DNA of 32,000 nt from Candidatus Korarchaeum cryptofilum OPF8 (GCF_000019605.1 NC_010482.1:1530001-1562000); one strand, 5' to 3'; counted from the first letter of the stretch, positions 7,899-16,975 are shown. The notes: generated from the letters alone by a model not told the origin. A program made the numbers and translations.

Positions 7899-9940
7899 GG
7901 GAAATTTTAGTAGCTCTAGCTGGCTCCCCTAACGTAGGTAAGAGTACTCTATTCAACAGGATAACGGGTGGAAACGTCCATGTAGCCAACTGGGCTGGAG
8001 TGACGCTCCAGAGGTACGAGGGGAGCATCACATATAGCGGGAGGAGGCTCAGGATAGTCGACTTACCCGGGACTTACAGCCTCTCAGCTAGGGATTTGGG
8101 CGAAAGGGTGGCTCTAGATTTCATAGTGAATGAGAAGCCCGATGTACTAGTCGTGGTCGCCGATGCTACCGAGCTCGAGAAATCCCTCTATTTAGCTGTA
8201 GAGGCTATGGAGCTCTATGGGAAGGTGGTGATAGCCCTAAACATGATAGACGCTGCTGAGAAGAGGGGAATCCACATAAATTTCGATGGGCTCGAGAGGA
8301 GCTTGGGCGTGCCAGTAGTCCCGATATCAGCTCTTAAGGGGATAGGAATAGGTAAGCTCATGAGGGCGATATTGGAAGTGGCCGAGGGGAGAGCAGGGAG
8401 GGAGGAGCCACTTAGGGTCGATTACAATGGATTGGAGAGGTATATAGCGAAACTGAGCGAATTGGATTACGGTAATTATCCAGCTAGATGGGCGGCCCTG
8501 AAGGTCTTAGAAGGTAGCCTCCCTCCGGAGAATCAGGAAGCTGAGAGGATATGTGAGGAAGCGAGGAGGGATTTAGCTATAGACCCCCTGAGCTTGATAA
8601 TAGCTTCTAGGCATGAGTTCGTGGACAAGTTAGTGAGGGAGAACGTCAAGAGGGTCAGGTTATCCGGCCCCAGCTTAGAGGAGAGGTTGGATAGATTCCT
8701 GCTTCATCCCTTAATCGGTCCAATAGTATCTATTCTCCTCATATCCTCAGCATTCTTCATAATATTCACTTTGAATACAGGTTTCCCCTTCAACATGATC
8801 CTGAGGTTCCTGGGAATGGAAGAGGCCTCTGAGATGATCGAGAGCTACAGCTTAGTGGGACTTCTAGGCTCATTTTTCGATATGCTGGCCGAAGCATCCT
8901 CAAATTTTCTATCGTCAATAGGGTTAAATCCCATTTTGGTCCGCTTCATATCGGAAGGGGTGATAGGGAGCCTGGGGGCATTGCTCTCATTCGTACCGAT
9001 CCTCATACTCACTTATGTAGTTTTAGGGGCTCTCGAGGACAGCGGTCTCTTCCCGAGGGCAGCTACGGTGCTAGATAGCGTATTCAGGAAGTTCGGATTG
9101 AGCGGGAGGGCATTCTTCCCGGCATTGATAGGGATAGGGTGCAATGTCCCCGGGATAATAGCGACTAGGGGCATTGAGGATGAGCGGGAGAGGACAATCG
9201 TTGGAATTACAGAACCGTTCATCCCATGCCAGGCCAGACTAGTTGTTCTATTAGCGATATCGCTTGCAGCATTCTCATCGCCGCTGATTCAAGCTTCCCT
9301 AATGCTCTCAATCTACATACTCGGCATACTAATGTTCTTACTATCATCTAAGCTCTTGAGGACGATCATGGGATGGAAGGAGCTTACAGAACTGCTCATG
9401 GAGCTCCCTCCTTATCATAGGCCCAGCCTGAGGGTGATCTGGTGGTACTCTAAAGCTAATGTGATCCACTTCCTGAGGAAAGCCGGATTGATAATACTCC
9501 TCATGAGCTCCCTCACATGGCTCATCCTAAATATGGGTCCATCGGGGTACGTGGAGGATCCCTCCAATAGCTTCGCTTTCATGCTGGGTAATGCTCTAAC
9601 TCCCATACTGAGTTTAGCGGGCTTGGGAGATTGGAGGTATGCTTTAGCCCTTGAAGTGGGGTTCATCGCCAAGGAAGGACTCCTATCAACATTCTCCCAG
9701 CTAGCTGGTTCACCGGATCCAGTGAGCGCGATTAGGTACGTGGGAATAACTCCCCTTAAGGGGATCTCGCTCGCTCTCATAATGAGCTTTTACGTCCCGT
9801 GCTTAGCTACGATATCTACAATGCTATCCGAGTTGAGGAAGTTGAAGTACGTGGCCTTAGCAATAATACTGGAACTTTCCGTATCATTCATCCTCGCCTC
9901 TATCTCATACAATCTGGGCTCAGCCCTCGGGCTCAGCTGA
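7895..9940 (+). CDS. feoB: Ferrous iron transport protein B
   Basis: 681 aa with an N-terminal G domain (GSPNVGKSTLFN, DLPGTYS, NMID) followed by a polytopic membrane domain with the FeoB gate-motif architecture. Confidence 0.92.
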   Translation: MREILVALAGSPNVGKSTLFNRITGGNVHVANWAGVTLQRYEGSITYSGRRLRIVDLPGTYSLSARDLGERVALDFIVNEKPDVLVVVADATELEKSLYLAVEAMELYGKVVIALNMIDAAEKRGIHINFDGLERSLGVPVVPISALKGIGIGKLMRAILEVAEGRAGREEPLRVDYNGLERYIAKLSELDYGNYPARWAALKVLEGSLPPENQEAERICEEARRDLAIDPLSLIIASRHEFVDKLVRENVKRVRLSGPSLEERLDRFLLHPLIGPIVSILLISSAFFIIFTLNTGFPFNMILRFLGMEEASEMIESYSLVGLLGSFFDMLAEASSNFLSSIGLNPILVRFISEGVIGSLGALLSFVPILILTYVVLGALEDSGLFPRAATVLDSVFRKFGLSGRAFFPALIGIGCNVPGIIATRGIEDERERTIVGITEPFIPCQARLVVLLAISLAAFSSPLIQASLMLSIYILGILMFLLSSKLLRTIMGWKELTELLMELPPYHRPSLRVIWWYSKANVIHFLRKAGLIILLMSSLTWLILNMGPSGYVEDPSNSFAFMLGNALTPILSLAGLGDWRYALALEVGFIAKEGLLSTFSQLAGSPDPVSAIRYVGITPLKGISLALIMSFYVPCLATISTMLSELRKLKYVALAIILELSVSFILASISYNLGSALGLS

Positions 9941-10010
9941 GGGCTTACGGAACGCATAAGTTAAAAACTTTGAAGAGAATATTATAACGGATACCCTCAA
10001 TACATCGCCG

Positions 10011-10508
10011 ATGGACGGCCTGGATATCGAAATACTTAGAGAGCTCGTCAGAGACGGTAGGATAACTGTTAGCGATCTAGCGAAGAAATTAGGAGTTCCC
10101 AGGACAACTCTGGACTCTAGGATGAGGAAACTGGTCGAATCAGGGATAATAAAGAGATTCACAGCTCTCATAGATTACAAGAAGATCGGGTATCAGATCA
10201 CAGCATTTGTACTCGTTCAAATAAAGAGGAGGAAGCCGGAGCAGGATAAATCAAATCAGGAGATATTCATAGAGGAAATTGCGAGGGAATCGGAAGGAAG
10301 AGAGGATCTACCTTGGATAGAGGAGGCCCATATAATAACGGGCGACTACGACATACTGCTCAAGGTGAGGGCGAGGGACATGGATGAGCTAACGAGGTTC
10401 TTGATAACTGAGCTGGCTAGACACCCTGATGTGGAGAGGACCCACACGATGATGGTCCTCAAGAGCCCATATTCAAGCGTCGCTCCCCTTGAGAAATTCT
10501 CCCCTTAG
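10011..10508 (+). CDS. Lrp/AsnC-family transcriptional regulator
   Basis: N-terminal HTH (LDIEILRELVRDGRITVSDLAKKLGVPRTTLDSRMRKLVESGII) and a C-terminal RAM-like domain carrying a charged insertion. Confidence 0.85.
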   Translation: MDGLDIEILRELVRDGRITVSDLAKKLGVPRTTLDSRMRKLVESGIIKRFTALIDYKKIGYQITAFVLVQIKRRKPEQDKSNQEIFIEEIARESEGREDLPWIEEAHIITGDYDILLKVRARDMDELTRFLITELARHPDVERTHTMMVLKSPYSSVAPLEKFSP

Positions 10509-11192
10509 GTATCTTATCAACGGTATCTCCCTCTCTATATCCTGAGTTATCAGCTCCCAGAGTATCCTGGGATTCCCGAACTTCCCCGTCCTTATGACTC
10601 TGGAGGGCGTAACTATGAGGTATACGGGCATGTCCTGAGGTTCCATGGGAACCCTCTCGACGATCTGAAGATCGTGGACAGTAGTGGCCACGGGAGTCCT
10701 TCCATCTATAGCTCCAATCTCCCCGAGTATCCCGTACTCAAGATCAGAGTAACCGTGACCCTTCCCGACTCTTCCTCCCTCTCTATCTACAGCCACTGAA
10801 CCAGTTACCTTCAGATCTATCTTAGGGACCTCTAAGATCTTCTTCCCGTATTTGAAAGCTCCAGATATCGTAGATGCCTCCGAGTACCTGGTGATCGGTA
10901 TCCCCTTAGGATCGAGGAGCAGGAACCTCTCCCTCAGCCTTGGGGTGGCCATTATCACTAGCTTACCCTGAACTAAGCCCAAATACCTCACATGCCTCTG
11001 AGGGGAATCAGGGCTCACGAAGATGACACTAGCTTCCTTCCACTCCTCCTGCTCACTCAACTTCTCAGCTGCTTCCTCAGCCCCCACGAAATTGGGTATC
11101 CTGCCTGATATAGGCTTCGGGAACCTTGCAACACCCCTCTCCTCCAATAGCTTCCAGATGTACGCTCTTATCCTCTCCTTCTCCTCCTTCAT
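10473..11192 (-). CDS. 5-formyltetrahydrofolate cyclo-ligase family protein (archaeal COG0212-like)
   Basis: 239 aa. The N-terminus IRAYIWKLLEERGVARFPKPISGRIPNFVGAEEAA and the motif GKGHGYSDLEY are typical of archaeal MTHFS-like proteins. Its 3' end overlaps the convergent Lrp gene by 36 nt. Confidence 0.7.
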   Translation of the reverse strand: MKEEKERIRAYIWKLLEERGVARFPKPISGRIPNFVGAEEAAEKLSEQEEWKEASVIFVSPDSPQRHVRYLGLVQGKLVIMATPRLRERFLLLDPKGIPITRYSEASTISGAFKYGKKILEVPKIDLKVTGSVAVDREGGRVGKGHGYSDLEYGILGEIGAIDGRTPVATTVHDLQIVERVPMEPQDMPVYLIVTPSRVIRTGKFGNPRILWELITQDIEREIPLIRYLRGEFLKGSDA

Positions 11193-11231
11193 CCCTCTAA
11201 TGCGCTCAGCTAAAATTAAAAGAGTGATCCG

Positions 11232-11549
11232 ATGGACTCCCCGGTGCTCAGGTTGAGCTTCAGGGAGAGGATAATTGAGCTCCTGATGACATCATCCGAG
11301 CCCCTCTCCGTCAATGAGATAGCTAGGATCTTGGAGATCGATCCGAGCCAATCATGGGAGATATATGATCATCTAGAGCATATAGCGAGGACTGTGAGGG
11401 CTAAATACGGTAAGCTGCTCTTAATGGATCCACCGTACTGTAAGAAGTGCGGCTACGTATTCAAAGATCTTAAGAAACCTAAGAAACCCAGCAGATGTCC
11501 GAGGTGTGGGAGCGAGTGGATAGAGCCCCCAAGGTTCATAATCAAGTGA
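11232..11549 (+). CDS. Small transcriptional regulator: winged-helix HTH fused to a C-terminal zinc ribbon (COG3357-like)
   Basis: 105 aa with the HTH segment LSVNEIARILEI and CKKCG...CPRCG cysteine pairs. It is divergent from the MTHFS-like gene across a 39-nt AT-rich spacer. Confidence 0.7.
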   Translation: MDSPVLRLSFRERIIELLMTSSEPLSVNEIARILEIDPSQSWEIYDHLEHIARTVRAKYGKLLLMDPPYCKKCGYVFKDLKKPKKPSRCPRCGSEWIEPPRFIIK

Positions 11550-12765
11550 GCAGATCGACTATGGTGTCCCTCATCTTCAAAATTATATCCTCCCTCACGT
11601 TCTCCAGCTCCCCATGAGCATTGCTCTCTATCTCTATAGTGCCCAATGAGACAGTGGGAATACCTTTCCTCGCGAACACGAAACCATCATTCCCTCCTAA
11701 GGATCCTGCTATAGCCCTGGATCCGAAGTGCTTCTCATAACTCGCTAGGACATCCCTGACGAAGTCATTATCAGGATCAGTCATCCACCCGGGATTCGCT
11801 GTATCCTTTATCTTCAGCTCCACATCAGCCCCTATCTTGCATGAAGCAGCGCTCAATGCTGCTTTGAACCTCTCTATCACTTCCTCCTTATCCTCATCCG
11901 GTATGAACCTTATGTCGAAGCCTATAGTGGCTTCGCTCGGTATGACGTTGTGCTGAGTCCCCGCTTCCACTTTGGTTATGCTGAACCTACCCCAGAGCTT
12001 CGGGACGGGGGAGTCGGGGGGAGAAGGTATCTTAGATAGCTTCATCGCATGGATCTGGGAGAATCCCGTCAGCAGCTCATCTGCTAGCTTTATGGCCATA
12101 TTGATAGGGTTTAGGGATGAGAAGGGCCTCCCAGCGTGCCCGCCCCTTCCCCTGACTATTATATCTCCGTGTATGACCCCGCTAGCCCCTATCCCGACGA
12201 AGTCAGGGGCCGCATCTATCACTACGACAGCATCAGGGCGTATCCCAGCTTCATCTAGCCCTCCATCAGCCAAAGCAGTGACGCCAGTCCCTCCAACTTC
12301 CTCATCGCCGACAACAGCCACTATCGGGTTGTATTCAGCCTCCCCTCCCTCCATGACAATTTGACAAGCTGAGAGGCTAAGAGCTATCGCCGACTTATCA
12401 TCAGCGGCTCCCCTGCCATAGATCCTGCCATCAACCCTTCTGGGATCGAAGGGATCGAACTCCATTCCATTGATCCTCCAAGGCCCCTTAGCCGGAACTA
12501 CATCATAATGGGAGAGTAAAAGCAAATTCTTTTCGGCCCCCAGGTCTTTCCAAGCTATTAAGTTAGGTAAATCTCCCCTTTCATCTCTAAAAACCTGAAT
12601 ATGAGTTCTCATCCCTATTGATTCAGCTCTATCCCTTATTAACTTAACTATTTCCCAGTAATTCCTTCTCTCCGATGCGTTAGTATCTATCCTGACGAGA
12701 TCCATCAGGAAGAGTATCATACCCTCGTCTTCAGAGAGGCTGGGCATACCTCTTACGATAATCAC
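11542..12765 (-). CDS. M20-family metallopeptidase (ArgE/DapE/LysK-like deacylase)
   Basis: SHYDVVP, GRGAADDKS and VGDEEVGG metal-ligand motifs. The listed GTG start is at 12765; ATG at 12747 (MPSLSEDEG...) is the more likely start. Confidence 0.8.
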   Translation of the reverse strand: MIIVRGMPSLSEDEGMILFLMDLVRIDTNASERRNYWEIVKLIRDRAESIGMRTHIQVFRDERGDLPNLIAWKDLGAEKNLLLLSHYDVVPAKGPWRINGMEFDPFDPRRVDGRIYGRGAADDKSAIALSLSACQIVMEGGEAEYNPIVAVVGDEEVGGTGVTALADGGLDEAGIRPDAVVVIDAAPDFVGIGASGVIHGDIIVRGRGGHAGRPFSSLNPINMAIKLADELLTGFSQIHAMKLSKIPSPPDSPVPKLWGRFSITKVEAGTQHNVIPSEATIGFDIRFIPDEDKEEVIERFKAALSAASCKIGADVELKIKDTANPGWMTDPDNDFVRDVLASYEKHFGSRAIAGSLGGNDGFVFARKGIPTVSLGTIEIESNAHGELENVREDIILKMRDTIVDLLT

Positions 12766-13572
12766 GCCTTAATAGAGTTTCCATTGGAGGCTTGACTAGG
12801 CTCTCCGAGATATCAGTAACAAATGGGATCTCCCCTCAATGAAGAGATCTCAAATGATGATCTAGGGATTATAAAAAGTTCTACTGATTAAATTCAATGG
12901 GATGGAGCTAAGAGATTTATCACTGAGAAAAACCTTCAACTCCCCCTAGCTCTCCTTACTCTCTCACTGGGCTCCCACCTGAACCTCCGGAGTCCCTCTA
13001 GGAAATCCTCAACTGCTATGCTGAGTTCACCCGATAAGACATCGCTGATCAGAGGTTCATCGATGAACTGCGATATCATAGTACGGCCTCAACGGGCTCC
13101 GATTCAGCATCCTCAGCTAATACCCTGAGCAGCGGATCTCAAGACACACTCTAACAGGTCCCCCTGCCGTATCGAAGAGCTCCTCTCTCGCGTCAGGAGG
13201 AGGCCAGAGGCCCATCTCCTTAGCTAATACTGCTGGTATCATAGCTGTGGTGTATCAGCCTCATGCTATTGACGAGCGCTACAACTTCCCTAACTGTGCC
13301 TCCTCTCTCTATCCTCAGCCTCGCCCTTACGACCACGAGCTCCCCTTATCCAACCCACCCCCACTCTTATCTTTCTAACCCTTCCGACTTTCGTCATCTT
13401 TATACTTTTGGCACATTTAAGTTTACGCAGACTCTCGAAAGCTTCCCATCGCTCTGAGGATTGTATCTCGAGCTGCGATCCCAGGGGAGCTGTTGATGTA
13501 GTGAGCTCGGGGTCGTTCAGCAGTTTCTGAGTAGTTAACTTTTTATAGCTCTTCTCAACAATTCTTTACATA

Positions 13573-14204
13573 ATGTGTGAAAAACTGCTAACTCTCCAAG
13601 AGGCTTGTAGAAGGTTGGGAATACATCCCAATACGCTCAGGAAGTGGGATAAACAGGGGAAGATAAGGGTCGTCAGAACTGTCGGCGGTAGGAGGAGGAT
13701 ACCTGAGAGTGAAGTTGAGCGTTTAATGGGATTTGTTAGGCCTGATGTCTCGGGGAAGGCGGTTATCTATGCAAGGGTCTCCTCCCACGACCAAAAACAG
13801 AAGGGCGATCTAGAAAGACAGAAGCAAAGCTTGCTGGAATACGCTAAATCAAGAGGGTACGAGGTTGTTGCAGTTTTAGAAGATGTGGCCAGTGGTCTTA
13901 ACGAGAGGAGGAAATCGTTGAGTAAGCTCTTCGATCTTGTTGAAGGGCGAAGGATTGGGGTCATAATAGTGTGGCTTTTAAAGATAGGTTGACTAGGTTT
14001 GGCTTCAGCTATCTGGAAAGGTACTTCTCATCCCATGGTGTTAAGATTGAGGTTGTTAACGGGGAGGAGCCTAAGGACGCTTATCAAGAGCTTGTAGAGG
14101 ACTTGATAGCCGTAGTATCGAGATTCGCTGGGAAGCTCTACGGTCTGAGGAGCCATAAGTATGAGAGGGTGGTGAATGGTGTCAAACAGCTTATTGCTAA
14201 CTGA
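13573..14204 (+). pseudogene. tnpA: IS607-type serine recombinase TnpA, split by a frameshift at about 13969-13974
   Basis: ORF 13573-13992 encodes the MerR-like HTH and catalytic region (IYARVSSHDQK). ORF 13971-14204 in the -1 frame continues with the conserved KDRLTRFGFSYLERYF...SHGVKIEVV. Together they give one ~210-aa resolvase if one nt is restored. Confidence 0.8.
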
Positions 14205-15357
14205 AACGTGCAAGTTCAAGCTCGAGCCCACAGAGGAGCAGAGAAAGGTACTGGAAGGACTTTTCTCAACTTATAGGAGCATGGTTGGGGAGTGTCTGAA
14301 GAGAGCAATAAGCATGAAGATAACATCTAGGAAGAGACTGTATGAACTAATCTACAGAGAATTGAGGGAGAAATTTAGGGATTATCCATCACATTATGTT
14401 CATACTGCTATAACGGTGGCTTTAGGGATGTACAAATCGTATAGGAGGCTTTCAAGGAAGAGGAGTTATGTTAAGCCTCCATCGATAGAGCTGTTGAAGG
14501 TAATTCTCCTCGACGATACACACCTCTTCTGGTTCAACTGGGGAAGCCTTAAAATCGCTACACATAAGGGCCACCTCGTAATACCCTTAAGGCTCCATGA
14601 ACATGCTGAGAAGTTCAAAGGCTGGCAGGTCAAGGGTTCAAGAATTGTAGTGCTTGGCGATGAATACTACCTTCATGTAACGTTCAGGAAGGTTGTTGAG
14701 GAAAGGGAATATGAGGGGGTCTTAGGAATAGATGTTAACGAGAAGAGCATAGATTTAGCGATAATTAAGCCTGACAAGGTTAGGTTTGTAAAGATAGACA
14801 TAAGCGAGGCAAAAAATATTAGAGATAGATACTTCAAGAAGAGGCAGAGCATCCAGAGGAAGACAAGGGGGAAAGTAAAGGCTAGGCTACTGGCTAAATA
14901 CTCTGGAAGAGAGAAAAGGCGTGTAAACACCATCCTTCACAAAGCGAGTAAAGTAGTAGCTGAAATAGCGGCTGAAGAGAAAGTTAAGCCCGTGATGGAG
15001 AACTTGAAAAATATAAGAGAACGGATAAAATATAGAAGAAGAATGAATAGAAGACTGCACAGCATGCCATTTAGAAAGGTTCAGTTCTCAATTTCCTATA
15101 AATCAATCGAGAGAGGCTATAAACCTGAATATATTGACGCTAAAAATACTTCTAGGATGTGCCCGATATGTGGCGAATTGAATAAGCCGAATGGGCACAT
15201 CTATAAATGTAGAAAGTGTGGCTTCCAAGCGGATAGACATTTTGTGGCCGCTTGGAATATAGCCACAAAACTCCAGATGTGCCGTCCTTTACCGTTGGCG
15301 GCGAAAGCCACCGAAGCCTTAAAGGCTGAGGTGGAACGGATAGTTATAAAATGTTGA
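14176..15357 (+). CDS. tnpB: TnpB (IS605 OrfB family RNA-guided endonuclease), apparently intact
   Basis: 393 aa with RuvC-I GIDVNEKS, RuvC-II VMENLKNI, zinc finger CPICG...CRKCG and RuvC-III ADRHFVAAWNIA. The N-terminus CKFKLEPTEEQ is typical. It overlaps the tnpA 3' end by 29 nt. Confidence 0.9.
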   Translation: MVSNSLLLTETCKFKLEPTEEQRKVLEGLFSTYRSMVGECLKRAISMKITSRKRLYELIYRELREKFRDYPSHYVHTAITVALGMYKSYRRLSRKRSYVKPPSIELLKVILLDDTHLFWFNWGSLKIATHKGHLVIPLRLHEHAEKFKGWQVKGSRIVVLGDEYYLHVTFRKVVEEREYEGVLGIDVNEKSIDLAIIKPDKVRFVKIDISEAKNIRDRYFKKRQSIQRKTRGKVKARLLAKYSGREKRRVNTILHKASKVVAEIAAEEKVKPVMENLKNIRERIKYRRRMNRRLHSMPFRKVQFSISYKSIERGYKPEYIDAKNTSRMCPICGELNKPNGHIYKCRKCGFQADRHFVAAWNIATKLQMCRPLPLAAKATEALKAEVERIVIKC

Positions 15358-15420
15358 CTATCCGACAACGGTACACTCAGTCAAATTTTTAACATTCAGT
15401 CCTCAGCTGGCGTGGTGTGA
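15230..15420 (+). ncRNA. Predicted TnpB-associated omega/right-end RNA (position inferred, not demonstrated)
   Basis: In characterised TnpB systems the guide RNA scaffold overlaps the 3' end of tnpB and the right element end. Small hairpins are visible here: ggcggc-GAAA-gccacc near 15296-15311, agcc-ttaaa-ggct near 15314-15326, and ttgact-N18-agtcaa at 15354-15383. Confidence 0.3.
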
Positions 15421-15423
15421 TCC

Positions 15424-16068
15424 TTGAGGATAGTACTACTGGGTAAGCCCGGCGCCGGGAAGGGAACTCAGGGGGAATTTCTATCGAAGGAGCTCGGAAT
15501 TCCGAGGATAGTGATGAGCGATCTGCTTAAGAGGGAAGTGGAGTCAGGATCGGAGCTAGGGGGCCTCATAAAGGGATACATGAGCGAGGGGAAGCTCGTC
15601 CCAGATGAAGTGGTCTACATGGTCTTGGAGAGGGGAATAGGGGGTCTGAGGGATTTCATCCTAGATGGTTTCCCTAGGAACGTGAAGCAGGCTGAGTGGT
15701 TAGATTCATTCCTCTCATCGAGAAATACGGAGCTTAACGCCGTCCTCTACTTCGATGTGAGTGATCTCATAGTGCTCAGGAGGATGATGGGGAGGTTGGT
15801 CTGTGAGAGATGCGGTAGAACATACAACATATTCTACGATCCCCCTGAGGACATAAGGAAGTGCTCTTGCGGGGGAAGGCTCTATCAGAGGGTCGATGAT
15901 TGCTACGATAAGATACTGAGGAGACTTGACATATTCAGGGAGGAGACCGAGCCGCTCCTCGAATACTACAGGAAGAGAGGGAAATTAGTATCGATAGATG
16001 CATCGGGCGGTATAGAGGATGTGAGGAAGGAGATGCTCTCCATCCTGAGATCGCTCGAACATGATTAG
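15424..16068 (+). CDS. adk: Adenylate kinase, bacterial long type with Cys4 zinc lid
   Basis: (M)RIVLLGKPGAGKGTQ P-loop and the lid CERCG...CSCGGRLYQRVDD. TTG start, preceded by GTGATCC. Confidence 0.9.
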   Translation: MRIVLLGKPGAGKGTQGEFLSKELGIPRIVMSDLLKREVESGSELGGLIKGYMSEGKLVPDEVVYMVLERGIGGLRDFILDGFPRNVKQAEWLDSFLSSRNTELNAVLYFDVSDLIVLRRMMGRLVCERCGRTYNIFYDPPEDIRKCSCGGRLYQRVDDCYDKILRRLDIFREETEPLLEYYRKRGKLVSIDASGGIEDVRKEMLSILRSLEHD

Positions 16069-16082
16069 AGTTAGAGGTAGCA

Positions 16083-16110
16083 TGATCCTGAGCCCCCGGA
16101 TCACATTTTT
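16083..16110 (+). terminator. Hairpin (tgatcc-N9-ggatca) followed by a T5 run downstream of adk
   Basis: 6-bp inverted repeat at 16083-16103, then ttttt at 16106-16110. Oligo-T runs are archaeal termination signals. Confidence 0.45.
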
Positions 16111-16114
16111 AAAT
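16106..16114 (+). promoter_or_regulatory. TATA-like box (tttttaaat) for the uL14 ribosomal protein operon
   Basis: It lies 31 nt upstream of the rpl14 ATG. The leader contains the SD-like GAGGAGG at 16134-16140. Confidence 0.45.
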
Positions 16115-16144
16115 CATGGCTCTCGTTAGCTCTGAGGAGGGTCT

Positions 16145-16570
16145 ATGTCAAAGGTAGCGAGGAGGAGGAAAGTAGAGGGTGTAAAACCCAAGATAACGCA
16201 TGGCCTCCCTGTGAGGGCTAGGCTGAAGTGCGCAGATAATACCGGAGCGAAGTTACTCATGATAATCGGTGTTCATGGCTATAAGGGGAGGAAGGACAGA
16301 GTGCCCACTGCGAGCGTCGGTGATATGGTGACGGTGGTCGTGAAGAGGGGGAAGTACGATCTCATGCACAAGCCATTCAAAGCAATAGTCGTGAGGCAGA
16401 GGATGCCTTACAGGAGGAAGAACGGGCAGTGGGTGGTCTTCGAGGATAACGCAGCCGTTCTAGTAAATGACGATGGCACGCCCAGGGGATCCGAGTTCAG
16501 GGGTCCCATAGCGAAGGAGGCCATTGAGAGATGGCCCAGCCTGAGCGTTATCTCAGCGCAGGTTGTCTGA
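16145..16570 (+). CDS. rpl14: Ribosomal protein uL14
   Basis: 141 aa, [10 protein letters not shown]...VRQR...FEDNAAV, typical of uL14. Confidence 0.95.
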
Positions 16571-16579
16571 GGTGATCTT

Positions 16580-16975
16580 ATGCAGGTAAAGTCGCACAAG
16601 CCGAGTAAGCAGAGGAAATATCTTTACAATGCACCAATCCATCATAGAGGGAAGATAATGTCAGCTCCGCTCTCAGAGGAGCTTAAGAGCAAGTACGGAA
16701 TAAATTCGATCCCCATCAGGAAGGGGGACAGGGTTAAGGTGATGAGAGGGGATTACAGAGGTACTGAGGGCGAAGTAATATCCGTCGATAGGAAGAGGTA
16801 CAGGATCGCCGTTAAGGGGATAGTGAGGAGGAAGGCCGATGGGACGGAAGTACCTGTTCCCATACATCCCTCCAAGGTAGTCATAACTAAGCTCTACCTC
16901 AAGGATGAAGCGAGGAAGAGGTTATTGGAGAGGAAAGGGGTGAAGGTAGAGGAAATAGTTGAGGAGAGTGAGTGA
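16580..16975 (+). CDS. rpl24: Ribosomal protein uL24
   Basis: [15 protein letters not shown] plus the KOW motif [29 protein letters not shown] lies 3 nt upstream. Confidence 0.95.
   Translation: MQVKSHKPSKQRKYLYNAPIHHRGKIMSAPLSEELKSKYGINSIPIRKGDRVKVMRGDYRGTEGEVISVDRKRYRIAVKGIVRRKADGTEVPVPIHPSKVVITKLYLKDEARKRLLERKGVKVEEIVEESE

Larger units (their letters stand above)
13500..15420 (+). mobile_element. IS607-family insertion sequence (IS200/IS605 superfamily, serine-recombinase type). Ends are approximate.
   Basis: A MerR-HTH + resolvase-type tnpA is followed by an overlapping tnpB, the diagnostic IS607 gene pair. The left boundary must lie upstream of the tnpA TATA (13540-13547). The right boundary lies between the tnpB stop (15357) and the adk start (15424). 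No terminal inverted repeats are expected or seen. Confidence 0.75.

Noticed and set aside
12853-12926. Possible C/D box sRNA: aTGATGA (12854-12860) followed by CTGA at 12884-12887 and 12923-12926.
   Set aside because: The spacers are about 23 and 35 nt instead of about 12 nt. There is no credible C' box and no terminal complementary stem. Box-like hexamers at this frequency are expected by chance in AT-rich DNA.
13263-13457. 64-aa ORF (MLLTSATTSLTVPPLSILSLALTTTSSPYPTHPH...).
   Set aside because: The sequence is low-complexity S/T/L/P-rich, with no start context. It lies in the decayed spacer, and the opposite strand shows the more gene-like (but broken) frames.
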